Positions 37,720 through 51,300 of a stretch of 64,000 nucleotides of DNA are shown here, piece by piece. A program made the position numbers and the translations under genes. This DNA is from the human T2T-CHM13v2.0 reference genome, Homo sapiens, in assembly GCF_009914755.1 (NCBI RefSeq), contig NC_060938.1; one strand, written 5' to 3'. Under the pieces are notes generated by a model. The model was not told where the DNA came from. It ran no database searches and worked only from the letters and a program-made list of their open reading frames with translations. The number at the start of each line of letters is the position of its first letter. The stretch's first letter is position 1.

Positions 37720-39230
37720 TGACCACTCCTATTTTATAAGGCTATTTCTTTTGCTTTCTTCTGCCTTTCAGTAGCTTTCATTTTTCTAACCTTCTGCCCT
37801 TTTATTATGTTTATTATGTCCATTCAGATATCCCACATCTATAATCTCAAGGATTTTGTCCCTAGCAGAGTTACTTATTTTTTAATATAATCCCCTTCTT
37901 CATAAATGAGCTCATCAGATTTGCAGCATAAATTAAACATACACATTGGCAGCCCTTACTGTATTGTTACAGTACAGCCCTTTCTCTACATTAGAAGTAT
38001 GATTTGACACATGTGTCTAACAGTCTCTGAACAGCCTTTATTAGATTACACTTAATCTGTTATTAATGGAAGTGCTTATCTTACCCTACTTCTGTTTAAA
38101 TATTTCACCTGTCCCGGTTTCTGTATCTTGATGGTGGATAACGACCACTCACCAGAATTGCCCAAGTCAAATATATAAAAGGAAAGAGTGTCTTCTTGGT
38201 ATCTGCTCTCAAATTGAGCACAATTTTTATTAATTCAATCTCCTAATTATTTTTCCAAACTATCATTTTTGTATTCCTCCTCTAATGTGTCTTATATGAT
38301 TTTATTCCAAAATTCAACCTTTAAAAATTGCATTAATTACTGAAGTATTTCCTAACACAGCTCCTTGGCTTTAGTTTTACTTCCCAGAGAAGGGTACTTC
38401 TCTCTTTGCCAGATTGAAGTTTTTTAATAAAATCGGATCATACGCACAATCCTTTAATTGAGTTTTTGTGTGTCATGCAAAGCCATTCACAGTCTGGCAC
38501 ATGTCAACTTTTCCAAATACATCTACAACTTACCAAATGGATAGTGTTTGAAGCCTACTAAATTTTATATTCAACTACCAAACAATCTGGGGTCTCTGTT
38601 ATTATTCAAACTATTTGTTTCCCCTGTCTACCAAGAACACTTCTGCTGTAGAATTGTACTGCCCTGTTTCAGTGAAATCAGATTTAGCCTGTGATTTCCT
38701 TTGAACACTGAAAAATATATAGATGTAATATACATCACTTTTCAGCAAAGCTATGTAGAAGTTCATTCTTGAGTCTGCCATATGTCTTTTTCCTCTACCA
38801 CAAAGTTGTTCCATCTGTCTTGGTCCCCGAGCAGTAGCTGAGCCACAGTGATAATAAATATTACTAAGAAATAAATTTTTGTTGTAACTTACTATAATGA
38901 GAAGATCATTATTCAGCATAACAACCCAATTTGGTGCACTGATACATTGCTCATGTTCTCTCATGACTCTGCCCTAGAATGAACTGGATGTTTTGCTTAG
39001 AGGCTAGTTGTATGCTTGATATCTAATACTACTCATAATTGATATACCAAGTGAGGCATCATGTCTTCCAATCTGATTTGTGGTCTTTCCTGTATTATTA
39101 TACTGACCTCTATTTTAGAATATATTATACTAGTTTATAAATTTCAATTATCTATATTCTCCTTTTAAGTCCCTTCAGAGCAAGATCTTTCCTGTTTGCA
39201 TATCAGTAATTATTGTTGTGATTAGCACAA
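37720..39230 (+). mobile_element. L2 fragments interrupted by an old MLT1 LTR (~38575-38946)
   Basis: Pyrimidine-rich L2-like body and 3' end (ttttaagtcccttcagagcaagatc...ttagcacaaca); MLT1-like end cagcataacaacccaatttggtgcactgataca. Confidence 0.5.
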
Positions 39231-39236
39231 CATATA

Positions 39237-39650
39237 TGAGGGACTTCAAAAAATTCATGAAAATGTTTATTATGAAAAACTATGCATGGTTTTCAAAAAC
39301 AATTTTTACCAAAATAAATTCATACTAGCTTTTAAAAACAAGTCTGAACAAGATCTGGTTTGAGGCACTGAAAAGTATAAATCAACAGTTTGAAAAGAGC
39401 CCCTATCAAAGCAACATGAATTCTGCTAAAATCGAAACAAGAACAAACATCAAATTTATGCTGAAGCTTGGGTGAAAGAATGGTGAAATCACTGATGCTT
39501 TACAGAAAAGTTTATGGGGATAATTCCCTAAAGAAATCAGTACTTTAAAAATGGATAACCTGTTTCAGGAAGGGACAAAACCCTGTTGAAGATGAAGCCC
39601 ACAGAGGCAGACCATCCACATCAACTTTGGAGGAAAAAAAAACTTGTTCT
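39237..39650 (+). mobile_element. HSMAR2 mariner, 5' fragment with transposase N-terminus
   Basis: TA then TIR-like tgagggacttcaaaaaattcatg; ATG at 39416 gives MNSAKIETRTNIKFMLKLG*KNGEITDALQ...VEDEAHRGRPSTS. Confidence 0.92.
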
Positions 39651-40881
39651 CAAAATCTTGTATAATCAATATATATTAGTTTAAATAATAAAGGTATCAA
39701 CTAGCAGTATAAAGATAGAATTATTTTCACATGTATTTACATCTCTTGAGGTTAAGAGATTGAGACCAGATTTTCTGAGAACATAGCAAATAAACAGAGA
39801 ATCAGAGACTCGAATCTTAACGTATTTCCAAATCTTGATTTTTTTTCTCCCAATACTCCAAGATTGATATTTGGGTCAGCAGTTAGTGAAAAATTCTTAT
39901 CTGTAAATAACAATTTACAGATTGTTATTGAATAGTTATTATTGTTATTGAATTTTAATAGAAATAGTTAATAAATAACAATCTTTATCTGTAAATACTT
40001 ACTCTTGGAGTAAGTAACTCACTGAGGAGTGTGTCAGAAAATGTGGTTGTTTTCCTTATTTGCCAAAATGTAAAAATATAGAGAAAGATCCTGTGATCCT
40101 AAAATATTCACAAAACTGCCCTTCGTGATGAGCTTCAACTCAATACAGAAGGGAATTATCAGCAATAAAAGCAAGGAGCAATTATCTCCATAATTTTGTG
40201 AATGCCATCTAATTTGAATCTGTAATGGACAGCAAATGAAATTATGCTCAATGTAGTTCCTGAAACTTTGTTTCCCATCCTGTATGTCATTCAGTAAATG
40301 GGAATTGCATTCATCCTGCCTAATTTTATTTGAATTATTCTACTTCATATGTCAAAATCAGTTTTTAAGACCTATAATTTCTAACTTTAAGCCATGACAT
40401 ACACACAGTTTCTTACTTTTCTATTCTCACTGACATGGCCTTAAAGCAAGTCCTGTACTTTTCATCCTCGATGAATGAAATCATCTTTAAAATTATTTCT
40501 TAACTTCCAAGTTATCCACTTATTTTCAACAAATTATGTTCTGCAAATGTCAGTTTCACATTGTCTCCCAAACTTTATCATTTGCTATAATTGACTGAAA
40601 ACAAATTCTTATGCTTTCTTTGTGTGGGTAAAATTGATAATTCTTCTGGAGGTAAATCTGGAGAGATTGGATAAACCTGGTATACTTGCCAAATGATTTA
40701 AGATCCCAATCCCATCTCAAATTACTCGAAGTTGATGGAATAATATATTAATAAGTATGAAGGTGCTATAATGTGACAGAGAGAAGTGATAAGTTTCAGT
40801 AAGAGAGCATAGGGTTCTGGTTCCTGACAATAAGGTAGACCAGCATAGACTTCAGCTTTTCTTCCAAAAAATAAATCCAGG

Positions 40882-41251
<370 letters not shown>

Positions 41252-42287
41252 TCATTGTCTATGCTGTCATCATACACACACACCCCCCCCCACACACACA
41301 CACCAAGCATTATCGGTTCAGAATGTGATTCAGAATGTGCAGTGTTTGCAGGTATATGAGTATGCCACATCCTTGCTGGGTGACATATTGATAAAAGAAG
41401 GTTATCGATAACCAGTTATTTTAGACGTTTACTTTATTAACCCGTTTCTCTAAATTTCGAGTGTTCGTAGAATAAAAATTAAATGAAATGTCTCCTCCCT
41501 CGCTAGAGAGTTTCTGAGTGAAGTAGCATCAAATTGGGTTAGCTGGCAGTGCCTTTGTGTTCCCTGACACTCTATTTGAAGTCTACTCTTATCCTCTTTT
41601 TAAGCTCACATTCACAAACCCAACTTGAGGCCTGTACTTTTGCCTTACTTCTGTACACATAACTAGACAGGAATGCTCATATTCCAAGCTGAATGTACAC
41701 ACATAACCAAAATAATTACACATCTGAGAAAAGGAACCACCATTATAGAAAGCGAGAATAATAAACACCGTTCGCCTCATGAAGCAGAGCTTCAGAAATG
41801 GATACAATTTTTCTGAGATGCCATAGGACAAATAGTAATTATAAAATAAACACTAAGAAATAGAAAATATAAAGTTAAAAATGACAGAGAATGAATTAAA
41901 TATCTTTGGAAAGAGAAAACATGCATATAAATGTTAATAATAATGAATATAAACCTGTAAATCAAAACTAACACCATTCAAATTCAAGGGTCTCAGAGGA
42001 TGCCACCTGGGTTATATAATCAAAATTATACACCTAGATTAAATTTAATAAGATAAAAAATACATCCTGAAAACTTCAGAGAAAAAAATAATCTACAAAT
42101 AAACAAAAATAAAATTGATGTTAGCTTTTTCAATAGCAGCATGGGATTTAATAATATATTGTAGTTATATTTTTATAGAAATGTGATAAAAGAAATTTGA
42201 ACCTAGAGTTATACCTGTATTCAAAACTGTATTTAATTTTCAGGGCAATAAAAATGTTCTGAGGCACACAAGAACTCAAAAGCATGT

Positions 42288-42825
42288 TATGTTAGCTAGG
42301 CTTCTCTAGAGGGACAGAACTAATAGGATAGATGTATATATGAAGGGGAGTTTATTAAGGAGCATTGACTCACATGATCACAAGGTGAAGTCCCACAATA
42401 GGCCATCTGCAAGCTGAGGAGCCAGTCTGAGACCCAAACGCTCAAAAGTAGGGAAGCTGAAAGTACAGCCTTCAGACTGTGGCCAAAGGCCCCAGAGCCC
42501 CTGACAAATCACTGGCATAAGTCCATAGTCCAAAAGCTGAAGAACTTGGAGTCTGATGTTCAAGGGCAGGAAGCATCCAGCACAGGAGAAACGTGAAGGC
42601 TGGAAGACACAAAGTCTGCTCTTTACAACTTCTTGTGCCTGCTTTTTTCTAGCTGTGCTGGCAGCTGATAAGATTGTACCCACCCAGATTGAGGGTGGAT
42701 CTGCCTCTCCCAGTCCGCTGACTCAAATGTTAACCTCCTTTGGCAACACCCTCACAGACACACACAGAAACAATGTTTTGTATCCTTCAATCCAATCAAG
42801 TTGACACTCAATATTAACCATCACA
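42288..42825 (-). mobile_element. MLT2A (HERVL) solo LTR
   Basis: ttctctagagggacagaactaataggatag...ccaatcaagttgacactcaatattaaccatcaca; TSD catgt/cttgt. Confidence 0.92.
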
Positions 42826-43238
42826 CTTGTCAAATGAAGGCAAATTTTTAAAACATTCTTTCAGAAAGTACTTGAGAAATAAATTCAAAATAATGTTAAA
42901 AAATATGGAAGAAATGATAATCAAATAATTTAGTAACTTAATCATGAATTGCCAAATAAAAATTAGAGGCATAAAAACAAAATTTCTAGACAATATCAAC
43001 ATGGGAATACGTGAGAAAGTATATGAGAGACTGCTAATTAATTGCTTTTAAAAATAACAGTTTTATTGAGATATAATTGATATATCAGAGAATTCACCTT
43101 TTAAGAAGACACAGTTAATTATTTTTACTATATTCACAGAGTTGTATATTCATCACCACAATCACTTGTACATTTTAATCATTCCCAAAAGCACACTTGT
43201 ACCAATTAGCAGTAATTCTGTATTTTCCTCCAAACACC

Positions 43239-44212
43239 TGTTAAATTAAATTTAATTTGGCCCAAACAAGCCTCTACACTTGGGTGAAAAATTTGGCCCA
43301 AAGCAGCTGCATATAGTGAACTGCCACCTAGCTTAATGTGTAAGCAACTTGTAATCCATCTAAGAGTGTACCCTCATACACAGGCAACTGAGTCTCAGCC
43401 AGTCTTAGTAGCTAAACCCTCAGCCAATCCCAGGCTGAAGGCTGCCAAATTATGCCCATATAAGGCAAACATGGAACTTTCTGGTTACAATCAGTAATCT
43501 CTGTAGGGCATTTTTTGCTTGTTTTTATTTTTATAATACAGTTCACAATTCTTTTTTGTAGAATTTGACTAGTAGATTCTGTCTTACGCTGTTTTCACAT
43601 TGCTATAAAGAAATATTTGAGACTGGGTCATTTAAAAGAAAAAGATTAATTGGCTCACAGTTCTGCAAGCTGTACAGGAGGCACAGCGATCACGGCTGAA
43701 GGCAAAGAAGGAGCAGGCACATTACATGGTAAAATCATGAGCGAGCGAGAGAGAGACAGAAAGGAAGAGAGAGAGAGAGAGAGACAGAGGAGAGAAACAG
43801 ACAGAGAGAGAGAGACAGAGGAGAGAAACAGACAGAGAGAGAGAGACAGAAAGAGAATGCAAGAGTTGGGGGAGAGTTGCCACATGCTTTTAAATGACCA
43901 GATCTTGTGTGAACTCAGAGCAAGACTTATCATTAAGGGAATGGTCCAAGTCATTCACGAGAAGTCTGCCCGCATGATCCAAACACCTCCCACAAGGCCC
44001 CATCTCAAACACTGGGGATTACAATTCAACATGAGATTTAGGTGGGACATCCAAACCATATCAGATTCCAAAATTCACAGGGAGTAGCAAGAGATCCATA
44101 ATTGCCAAAATTATCTTGAAAAAAGATGGTTCAGAATGCGGCCCAGTTCTCAATCTGTTTATTGCTCAAGTACAGTTCATTAAATTTAACTGTTAATATG
44201 TTTTCTTTAACA
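43239..44212 (+). mobile_element. MER57/LTR54-like ERV1 solo LTR, interrupted
   Basis: Starts tgttaaattaaattt, contains catatagtgaactg and tcagccaatc, ends aaatttaactgttaatatgttttctttaaca. Confidence 0.65.
43580..44063 (-). mobile_element. MSTA-type MaLR LTR with internal (GA)n expansion
   Basis: cattgctataaagaaata..tgagactggg...tggctcacagttctgca...ccaaaccatatca; TSD GATTC (43575-43579, 44064-44068). Confidence 0.92.
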
Positions 44213-47200
44213 TCCTCAACTATAGGCAACCACAAATCTTTTTTATTTCTCTATGGATTTGGCTACTCTGAAATTTTTAAAAAATAAAATCATACAATTT
44301 GTGTTCTGATGACTGGTATCTTTCATGTATCATGATATTTGCAAGGTTCATTCATATGAAGGAAAGGTGTAAAACTATTTCTATCCACAGATGACATGAT
44401 CCTATATAAATAGAAAATTTCAAGAAATTTTATTAATAAATAATTAGGACTAATAAATGAATTCAGAAAGAAAAATCAGGAAACAAAATCAATATATTCA
44501 AATCAAGTTTGTATACACTTGAAGGATCTGGAAATAAATGTATTCTTTTTATAGTAGCATCAAAAATAATAAAATACTGGGGAATACATTTTTAAAAAAG
44601 AAATACAAAACTTTACTATGAGAATTAGAAGAGATTGTTGAAGAAAATAAAAGAAAACCTAAATAAAGGAAAAACATCCCATGATCATAGGTCAGAAGAT
44701 TCAATATTGTTCAAGTGTTAACACTCTCCAAATTTATCTTCAGTTTTAATGCAATACCAACTAGAATAGCAGCTGACTTAGTTGTAAAATTTGACTAGTA
44801 GAATATAAAATTTCTATGGAATGGCAAGGCATCCAGAATTGTTAAAATAATCTTGAAAACAAAGTTGAAGGACTCACACTTCTTGACTTCAAAACTGACT
44901 ACAAAATGATGGTAACCAAGACAATGTAGTACTGCCACAAGTATGGACAATATAGATCAATGGTATAGAATTGGGATTCCAGAAATAAAACCATGTGTTT
45001 ATGATCAAGTAATTTACAACAAGAGAATCAAAACCCATCCAATGGGAAATTAACAGTCTTCCAATAAATGTTGCTGGGACAACTGAATACCCACATGTAA
45101 AAAAATTAACCCCTGTATTGTATGTTATACAAATATTAACTAAAAATTGATTAAATATCTAAATGTATCAGTTGAAAGTATACAACTCTGTGAAGAAAAT
45201 ATAGGCATAAGCCTTCATGACATTGATTTCTTAGAAAATATGATTTCTTAGCTATGACACCCAAAGCTCAAGCAACAAAAATAAAAATAGATAAATTGAC
45301 ATAATCCATGAAACCCAAAACTTTTGTTCTAGAAAAGACATCATTAAAGAGTGAAAAGACAACCCAAAATATTGGAGAATATTTTTGTAAATCATATATC
45401 TGATAAGGGACTTGTATCCAGGATTTATACAAGGAATTGTTACCACTCTATAATATAGAGACAAATAGCACAATTTTAATAATGGACATTAGAGTTGAAT
45501 AGACATGTCTCCAAAGAAGATATGAAAATGGCAAATAAGCACATGAAAAGATGTTCAAAATCCTTACCTATTAGAAAATTCCAAATCAAAACCATAATAA
45601 AATACTACTTCATAACACTAGGATGGCTATAATAAAAAATTCTAATAGTAATAAAAACTTTGGTGAAGATATGGAGGAACTGGGACCCTTGTATTATGTT
45701 GAATGTAAAATGGTGCATCTGCTATGGAAAAAAGTCTAGAGTGATCCTCAGAAAGTTAAACATATATTTACCAAATAACCTAGCAATTCTACTCCTAGGT
45801 GTATATGCAAGTATATATGAAATGGAAACATTTGCAACAAAAAAACCTGTCAATAAATGTTAACAGCAGCATTATTTATAATAGCCAAAAAGTGTAAACA
45901 ACTGAAGTTTCTGCCAACTGATAAAGGACCAAATAGAATGTAGCATATCTATATAATAGAATGTCATTCGGCAATAAAGGGATTAAAGTATTGATATATT
46001 GTATTTTATCCCTGAATTTCTCTGGCTGGAACCACCAATATGATGTTAATAGAACTTGTAAGAGTGGAATTTTTTTTTTGTTCTTGATCTTAGGGGGAAA
46101 GTATTCAGTTCTTCACCACTAAGTATAATGTTGGCTGTGGGTTTTCATACATGTACCTGTACTTTACCAGATTGAAAAAGTTCCCTTCTATTTCTAGTTT
46201 TTAAATGTTTATCATAGAGTGGTGTTAAATTTTATAAAAAATTGCTTGTGTTGAAATGACTCTGTTTTTTGTGTGTTGTGATATGGTCTGGTCTGGTATA
46301 TTAAATTTACTGATCTTCACATAATCAACAAACTGCATTTCTGTGATAAATCCCACTAGGTCGTGGCTTACAACCTTTCTTTTTTTTTATATATATATTG
46401 CCAGATTAAGGTGGCTAAAATTTTGTTGAGAATATATGTGTCTCTATTTATAAAATAAATTGATCTGTAGTTTTCTTCTCTTGTGATGTTTTTCTCTGTT
46501 AGCAATTGCATTTTAAGATATATTTATTTCCAGATAGAAAGATATATAGACTGATCGATAGATAAACAGACACAAACACATATACATGCATACTACCTTT
46601 TAATATATATGTGTGTAAGTATATAATTTTCAAGAAATCAGTAAAGGCTAATATAAGTATGAATTTTAAATAAAGGGGCAACTGTAATAAAAATGGAAAT
46701 TGATTTTAAACTGGGATCAAATAAAACTGCTCTATCCAATGGAAAGCAGAAAAAAGTGGATAATTTTGAAAACTACAGGTTATATATAGTAAGTGAGAAA
46801 AGTGAAGAATAATACCAGCAGTAAACCTGACTTAAACAGTATCGCATTAGGTGAGTTAAATCTACCATTGTAAAAACTATACTATACTTCCAAATGCATA
46901 GAACAACCAAATATAATAATACCCAGTCGATACCAAAATACATATAAATGCACAAGTAAAAGAATAGGCAAAGTTATATGAATTTTAAAAAGCAAAATAA
47001 AGCTACAGAGGCAATTTCATATCTGACAAAATTAAATTTAAGACACAAATAGGGAAATATATATTGTAAAAAGTAATACTAGGGAAGAAGATAAAACCAT
47101 CAACAAAATATGTCCACATAACACTAAAATCTTGCATTATGTTGTATAATAACTGATAAAACTATAAAAAAGACAAAAAATAGCTTGATGTCTTTCATAC

Positions 47201-47367
47201 TACTGCCTCACAAACAGAACTGACAGATATAGAATTAAGATATAAATATTTAAATGCTACTAATAATATAATAAATACAAAGCCTATAAAAATGAACATA
47301 TTCCTAGAAAAGTATAAAATACCATAATTAACTAAAATAAAACTTGGAAGCTTGAATATGACTGTAA

Positions 47368-47684
<317 letters not shown>

Positions 47685-47711
47685 TGAATATAAGTATTTT
47701 AAAATGTAGCC

Positions 47712-47918
47712 ACACCATATAACCTAGCAATTCCACTTCTAGTTATATAAGCAAATCAATATCCCAAAGAGACATCAGTCCTCTCATATTCATTTCAGCA
47801 TTATTCACAACAGGCAAGACATGGAAACAATCAAAATGTCCTGTGGATGAATGAATTGATTTTTTAAAATATTTTTATATGTAAGGAATGTGTGTGTGTG
47901 TATATGTATATATAAAAC

Positions 47919-47982
<64 letters not shown>

Positions 47983-48510
47983 GGAAATCCTGACATTTGT
48001 GACAACATTGATGAACCTTGAGGGCATTATGCAAAGTGAAATAAGACAGAGAAAGACAAATACTGCTGCACGTATTTGTGAAACGTGCATCTCGCTTGTA
48101 TGTGGAATCTAAAAAAGTCAAACTCAGAGAGCAGAATGATGGCTGCCAAGGAGTAGGGAGGGGGAATATGGGGAGATATTGTTCAAAGTTTACAAACTTT
48201 CAATTGTCAGATATCTAAGTTCTGAGGATCTGATGTACAGCATGGTGACTACAGTTAAGCAATACTGTTTTGTATATTTGGCCTTTACTAAGATAGTGGA
48301 TATTAACTGTCCTTTCCCCTCCCAAAAAAAAATGTAACTAGGTGAGGTGATGAACGTATTAATTAACTTGGTTGTGCTAATCATGCCACAGTGTATTTGC
48401 ATATCATGGCATTATTGTACACCTTAAATATGTACAATTGTATTTGTCAATTATACCTCAAAAAAGCTGGAGGAGAAACCAACACAGAAAAAATTAATAA
48501 AAATAAAAAC
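47712..48510 (+). mobile_element. L1MA-type 3' end containing a (TA)n microsatellite (~47921-47980)
   Basis: cctagcaattccacttct...gtggaatctaaaaaagtcaaactc...ttctgaggatctgatgtacagcatggtgactacagtt...gtcaattatacctcaa. Confidence 0.85.
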
Positions 48511-49524
48511 AGGAGAGACAGACATTGTTCCTTGACACTTGCTTCTGGCTGATTAAAATGAAAATTCTCATATCTGAAGGATTAGCACATGATCTCAGGG
48601 CAGACTCTTGCTACAGTGCTGGCTAGCCCATTTGGAGAAAAAAATGCTTTCTTTTTTGTTTGTTTGTTTTGGTATGCTGAGGATTCTCCTGACTTTCTTA
48701 CCAGCTCAGCAATACATTTGAATATTTTTAATTCAACATTGTAAAGTTATTTTGTACCAGAAGATGGTTTTTAGGCTATCGAATTATCCACATAACAAGA
48801 AATAGAAAATGTCTCACACATTTTCCATTACATCCAAAAGTCATAAAATAAAAAATTATTCAGGAACTTCCTTTTCAACGACCACATATGTCTTTGTTAA
48901 AATCAGAAAAAGAAAAGAAACCTATCCTAAGACTCAGCTCTGACATTCAACATTTCTTGAAAATCCACAAGTTACAAGACTGATTTTTAGGAATTAAATA
49001 GAATAAGCAGAGAATATAGTTTAATTTCTCAAGTAATTTATGGTTTAGGAATAGTAATAGAACAAACACCTAAATTTAATTAGTCTTCCTTATTAGGGAA
49101 GAGATGTTTAACTTGACACTTACTGTTTCTTTTAAAGTGACTTAAAATGCAATCACTCTTTCGACTTTTTCTCAGTATCATGTAAATCTTTCATTATCTT
49201 TCGTGATAACGATATCTATTTCTATAATTTTACATGAAAAGAGACATCTTTTTTTATTTTCAATTGTTGTAGTATTACCCAATAAGGTGCAGAGAGGTTA
49301 AATTATGCTCTGAAAGTAATTGAAAACTAGGTTTGAATACGAATTCAAGTGTTCACTCAACTTGACTGTTGACATAACAACTCAAGTGATCACAAAACCT
49401 ATGCTCTCGTGCTTTTGCTGTTATACATATGTAATAATTAATAACATGCCCCAGAAAGATCCAAGTGTAACACTTATATGGTAAGGTATATTGCCTAAAC
49501 ATTAAGCAATCTCTGGAATGTTTC

Positions 49525-49582
49525 TTCTTTTTTATTTTTTAATTTTTAAAGACGGGGTTGTGCTATGTTGCCCAGGCTGGAG
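49525..49582 (-). mobile_element. Short Alu/FLAM fragment
   Basis: agacggggttgtgctatgttgcccaggctgg. Confidence 0.7.
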
Positions 49583-50999
49583 AGCTTTTTTATTTTTATT
49601 TTGACATATTTATATATCTTAAGTAAAGAATGGTATTTGGTATTTGGTTATAAAAATCCAACAAAAACCTTTTCAACTATACTCATTATGACCAAAGCAA
49701 TGGTCAAGACTTGGTAACTCTCAGCCTTTGGCAGAAGAATGCATTGTCTCAAATGATCCTTGAACTTAATTTTATAACTTAATAACAAGTTAAACTCTAA
49801 AGACATCAAATAATAAAAAAATTATATACACACATATGCTTAGAATAATTCATTAAGAAGCAACATAAACTTTATAACACCTCCATAAATATTTGTTCTT
49901 AAATGAATACCCACGGCATATTATATTTGAATATCTATAGTTGAATATTAGCTAAGTAATGACTTTAGGCAAGACACACACATGTGTGCAGATACACACA
50001 CAGCAGGAGTGATAGTGCTTACATTCACAAGGAAGTTGTAACTAAATGCATATAAAATATCTAATATTTTGTACATTATATGATCACATCTAGCAATATT
50101 TTCTGCCTTCAAATAAAGTTTAAAAATTAAAAAGCAAGGTTTTTTTAGCTGTGTTTTATAATATTCTTTGCCTTGTGTGTGAAGTAAAGCAGTGGATTTA
50201 TTAGCCTTTCTCTAGAATTTATTTGGTTTTATATAAATTAAGTGTATTTTCTTTCTTTTCTGGACATCCTATGCTTGCAACCTCAACAAACATATGTAAG
50301 GTATGTCACTTTCAGAAAATGTAACCATTATATTGATATGCATAACTTATATATTTTATAGTATTTTAATAGCTACAGCTCAGAAATAATACTTTAAATT
50401 CTATGTCTTTTAAAATGGCACCATTTCTAACAATTATTTACACCTGTATTTCTTCCAATGTTTTCGGGATTCATTGAGAGTTGGTTATGCTGTGCCAAAC
50501 TTAAAATTGTAGTTCATTGCATGACTAAGTAGTCTTTTTGTAAATTATAAAACAAATAATTGCATTAAATATAAAAATTAAAAGATAAATTTGATAGTAG
50601 AATTTTTTCAAATATAGAAAGAATTAAAATATTATTATTTGATTAGTATTCCATAAAAATTTTGATCACATGCAATACATATTTAAAAAATTAAAGAAAT
50701 TAATATGCTAGCCATTTAGTAATTAAATATATGTTATTTCTAAAATAGTATGTTACATAAAATAGAATTAAACAGTTAATGAGATAGTAATATATTGAAG
50801 TGATTTTAAAATAACTAAACATTAGGTAAGCAGTTTGGAATGTTAAATAACTTAAAATATTGGGTTTCATGGGTATGCTATTTTAATCCTATGAGAAAAA
50901 CATCCTATTTGCTTTCATTTTAGTGCCCTCTTATGGACTTCTAATTCTATGTATCCTGATTCAAGCCTACATAGGTCTTTATATTTCGAAGTGATTTGA

Positions 51000-51300
<301 letters not shown>

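Larger units (their letters stand above)
43045..46500 (-). mobile_element. L1MB-type element, antisense, interrupted by an LTR (43239-44212) and with an inverted internal block (~44358-45999)
   Basis: 3' end ttttattgagatataattga at 43062; antisense 3' UTR resumes 44213-44357; sense ORF2 44358-45999; antisense ORF2 46000-46500. Confidence 0.8.

Noticed and set aside
39416-39650. Mariner transposase gene
   Set aside because: Only the N-terminal part is present, with a stop and frameshift; no catalytic domain or second TIR.
43650-44087. 145-aa ORF with ER/RE repeats
   Set aside because: MSTA LTR with a (GA)n expansion.
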